NCBI GenBank assembly: GCA_964016885.1
Contig: OZ024751.1
Coordinates: 38,006,001 to 38,070,000, forward strand
Origin: Eledone cirrhosa
Taxonomy: Eukaryota
Length of the DNA stretch: 64,000 nt
Reading direction: 5' to 3'
Part shown: positions 59,671 to 64,000 of the stretch, one piece after another
Layout of the letters: each line of letters starts with the position of its first letter
How positions within the stretch are numbered: the first letter of the stretch is position 1
Translations under genes and position numbers: made by a program
Notes under the pieces: generated by a model
Databases searched by the model: none
What the model saw: the letters and a program-made list of their open reading frames with translations, nothing else
Told to the model about the DNA's origin: nothing

Positions 59671-62600
59671 AATATATTATATTTTAAGTATGAGAAGTGA
59701 AGTATCTTCAAACGGAGATCGAACTCCGGATGAATATTTGAAACTTATGAATTATGTAAAATGAATCAGTTAACTATAATCAAATGGCTACTTTGCCACA
59801 CACACATATATACATATACACACACATACATATAAACACATACACATATACATACACATACTCACGCATATATATATATATATATACATACATACACACA
59901 CATACATACACACACACACACATACACACACACATATATATATGTATATATATATATAATATAATGTGCGTATATATAAATATCTCTATACTTATAATTC
60001 TTTGTATATGTATATCTCCACGGAAAAATACGTGCGCACACGCACTTACGCTTTGCTTGTGGCGAATACAATCTTATTTCTCACTTTCTACTTGAACGAA
60101 AGTGGAAGACCCAATAGCTATTAACTAAATATATATTTAACGTTCTGTCATGTTCACTTTTATTTTTCTTTACTTGGCTTACCTCAAAGAAACCTAGCAT
60201 TTCTTTTCTCGGGAATAAAAATGTAAAAAAGTTAAAAGTAAAAATATATTCTCTGAAGACATTTTCATTCCATCATCTAACCGGTCTCTTTGCATATTAT
60301 GATTAGTTGGTGTATATGTCTTCATATTTTCTTATTTTATTCTATCATGTTATTTTTAGTATATATATACAATTTTTAAAACTCATTTACTTATTTAACT
60401 GTCTATGCCTTATTTCATCTATCGTCTTCTCCCTGTTTCACCCTGTCTTTCACTCTAGATCTATTTCTTCTATTTCCGGGTAAATACGGAGTATTTTGAA
60501 TAATATTCTAGTTTAGAATGCCACTTTCATAGTGAAGAATATAAAAATAAAAATATATAGAATAAAGCATAAGAAATAGCATATATAACATATACAAATC
60601 AGACATTTTAATATGACGAAACGAAGAAAATATTTTTTAAAACGTTCTCGTAGGAAATAAAAAAAAATGTTCTAAAGGAGCTTTCGATATTATTTATGAC
60701 TACACACACATACAACGATCTTGTGTTCTTGTTATTGTTGTCAGTGTTTATGTTGTTGTTTTTATTGTTGTTGTTGTTGTTGTTCTCGTCTAAGGGTTTG
60801 TGTTTGATATTGTACCCAAAGCAATAATATTTTACAATGGTTTATATAAGTGATTTTTCACTCTGGGATATGTCTATGTGATTCGACTGGAATATATATG
60901 TCGTATGAGTATTTGTGTGTGTGCATATATCCACACACACTGTATATATGTATATGAATGTATATATATATATAGAGAGAGAGTGAGTGAGGGAGAGCGA
61001 ATGGGAGAACGAGTGAGAGGGAGAGAGAGTATGTGTGGAAGAGAGACAGACTGTGAGTGACGGAAAGTGAGAAAAAGTCAGAGAGTGAGAAAGAGGAGAC
61101 AGTGGGGGAGAGAGATATACACAAACATACACATCTACAGAATACATATACACCTCCACCCCCACCCCACACACATATAATTCCATCTCTTTGTATATCT
61201 GTTTATTGTCCCATTAATTTTTCTAAATGTGTATTTCTATAATTACTTCTCCTCCCTCATGCTTATGTCTAGGAGAAATCTTACTCTTCTCTGACAGCAA
61301 TCAACTTCATAAAGCCTGTGTATTGAACATTTAGAAATCAACCGAGTTGCAACCTCACAAAATGTCACCTGATCCCAGATATACCTAACTAAGTAATGTC
61401 TCTCATTCTATATTTCATGTGTCAAATGGACTCTTCAGCTATATTGTACGTCCTCTTTAGACATATATACCGGTCCATATAATACCTCACCGTAGGCAGA
61501 ATTATACGTATAGATATCATCTAATGAAGAGACTATAATCTTTGAAATATATGAAGGTAATCTCTTAGCTTTTAATGTGTACAATGTAAATAAGAAAAAA
61601 AACGTGTTTACCTTGTATTCATTCCTCGGTAAGTTTTCTAAATGTATAGTTATATCTACATCAATTCTTAAAGATTAAATCTTACATTCGCTAAACACTA
61701 GAGCTAATTTGCTAGGCTTCTTCAAGTCTGATGGAAGCCTACATTTTTTCCATATTTCTATCGTTAAAATGTTGCAAATGTTAAGAAAATATATGTAATT
61801 CAGTTAGAAGGCTGTTATTTATTTTTAGTCATAATACTTTTATGTGCTCATTTGTTTTTTTGTCGAAAGACGCAATCATAACATTTCTATCATTTTTGTT
61901 GTGATATTGCATCTAGGGTGATTCTTCAATCTGTTGTTCAAATTAGGTTTACAAATGTCATCACAGGTTTATGCGCGAAAATGAACACCAAAGACTAGCT
62001 GAAGAGGTCGGAGATAGAATTTTTTGTTCGTCTCGAATAACTGTTTTTCTGTGTAATTTTCTCTGCTGTTGTTGTTCTTACTCCGACTGTTACTATTCAT
62101 ACTATTGCAACCAACACCACCACCACCACTATTACTACTACTACACACGAATATAACAAATTAGGAAATCCCTATACCTTTCCACATTTCATCTTTCATA
62201 TCAACTATGGCATTTTCAGTTCCCCCCTCTTTATAGTGTCGAAAGTAAAATAATTGTATAAAAATGGGAAGAAGAAGTAATAAATGTATAAAATATATTT
62301 ATATGAAATAAATAAAACAATATAAAAACAGGAGAAAAACCAGAATCTTTGATTAAATGACATCAATTTTACACCATCACTCACGGAATATACTCGTTTG
62401 TCCGACCGGAAATTGCTGAAATGAGTGAGAAATTGCATCACATCCGCTTCATCAGTCTATTTTCAAGTGTGCAGGGAGAAAAAAATATTGATAATGGCGA
62501 CGTTTGCTACGTTATCACACGAAAAAGGAAATATCATGCTTTCTGTCATGGAGAAGATAATTAATTGTAGTGTCATTAATATTGTGGCGTATGCTTCTTT

Positions 62601-62779
62601 TTTTAGAGATTTCTCTTAATTAATGTTACACCTTTAACCCTCAAGGAGCTTTGACATGCATGCATATGGGTCGGTCGTACTTTCTATAAAGGAACTGTGT
62701 CAATTGCGGTTTTCTATACAAATGATGGCTTCCAGGAAATAAGTTGTTATATAAAAAGTATCCACCGCTCATCATATTC

Positions 62780-62820
<41 letters not shown>

Positions 62821-63051
62821 GTGGGCGTGTGCGTGCATGTGAGTGTACATGTATACATACACACATGCATGCCTATATATGTGTATGTATCTAGGAATGT
62901 ATTATATAAATGTTTATATATGAACATGTGCGTACATGTTTTTCAGCATATCTAACATGTATTAAAAACTGAAAATTATATATATACACGCTCACACATA
63001 CACATTTATATATATGTTATTCAGGCGGTGCACCGTGGGAAGCATTCGAGG

Positions 63052-63149
<98 letters not shown>

Positions 63150-63432
63150 AAGGTACTGTGTATACCTATGATAGGACAAACACAGCAAAAGCAGGTGTGA
63201 TATATATGATATATATATATCAATGATATTAATAAATGGAAACTATCTTTATAAAACCATATTTATTCTATTATATATATTTCAAGTGTAGCAAAACTTA
63301 GGTACGCTCTCATCAGATGAAATACAAAGTTTGTTTTATAAATAGTGTCATAGCCAGAAATATATATAATAGAATAAAGATAGTTATAAATATATTTGTT
63401 GAATTACCAACAAATTAAATATCCCTTTGCTT

Positions 63433-63464
<32 letters not shown>

Positions 63465-63466
63465 TA

Positions 63467-63683
63467 TAGAAGTGGTTACACAACAGTTAGTTCACCATAC
63501 TGAGAACAATTGTTTCACCTTAGCGGAACCTCAGCTCGTAATACACGAGCTGAGGATCCGCTACGGTGAAACAATTGTTCTCGGTATGTTGAACTAACTG
63601 TTGTGTAACCACTTCTACCTAACTCGTCCCATGGACTGAGTGCTCTACCACTACGGATATTACCTTCCAGTGTTCTACCACTA
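63467..63683. mobile_element. Hairpin plus tail hammerhead element in (TA)n
   Basis: 63467-63539 is the reverse complement of 63545-63617; about 66-nt tail; TA flanks. Confidence 0.8.
63546..63583 (+). ncRNA. Minimal type I hammerhead ribozyme
   Basis: CGAG CUGAGGA U-CCG-CUA-CGG-U GAAA CAAUUG UU^ CUCG; helix III is palindromic (ACAAUUGU). Confidence 0.8.
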
Positions 63684-63687
63684 TATA

Positions 63688-63743
<56 letters not shown>

Positions 63744-64000
63744 AATAGTGTGTAAGACTATCTTACAATTCTTAACATTTCCTTTGTCGATAGAATCCGA
63801 TTATGCGAGAGTCGCAAATATTACGTTGCCAGATATATCTTAGCGGCTACGAATGGCTGGAAAGCTAATTACAACAAGCATTGTTTTAGAAAACATTGGT
63901 TCTTACCATTTTCCTAACACACGATGTCTCATACATGGCAGAGCAATCATTTTAGTAGATTCATAACTCTCTCTCTCTCTCTTTATATATATATATATAT

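Overview
Very AT-rich, microsatellite-saturated eukaryotic DNA. The SINE repertoire and (TA)n/(CA)n/(GA)n density suggest a cephalopod such as Octopus (inference). No host protein-coding gene can be supported; almost all listed ORFs are translations of simple repeats. Conventional repeats include many tRNA-derived SINE copies, a 5'-truncated R4/Dong-type LINE in (TAA)n, two Tx1-like LINE 3' ends in microsatellites, a pogo/Tigger-like MITE, minisatellites and a 200-N gap. The main signal is a set of at least 8-10 sequence-unrelated non-coding elements inside (TA)n arrays. They share one architecture: two copies arranged head-to-head with 3' ends facing outward, one arm extended by a 3' tail. 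Many carry minimal type-I hammerhead ribozymes (CUGANGA...GAAA...UH, palindromic helix III), and several share an ACTC-hairpin-GAGT(A/G)C tail motif. The best example is a retrozyme-like array of identical 310-bp hammerhead monomers at 9891-11815. The pattern fits non-autonomous Penelope-like (PLE) elements or retrozymes mobilised into (TA)n, and a probable decayed PLE reverse transcriptase relic lies at about 2830-3465.
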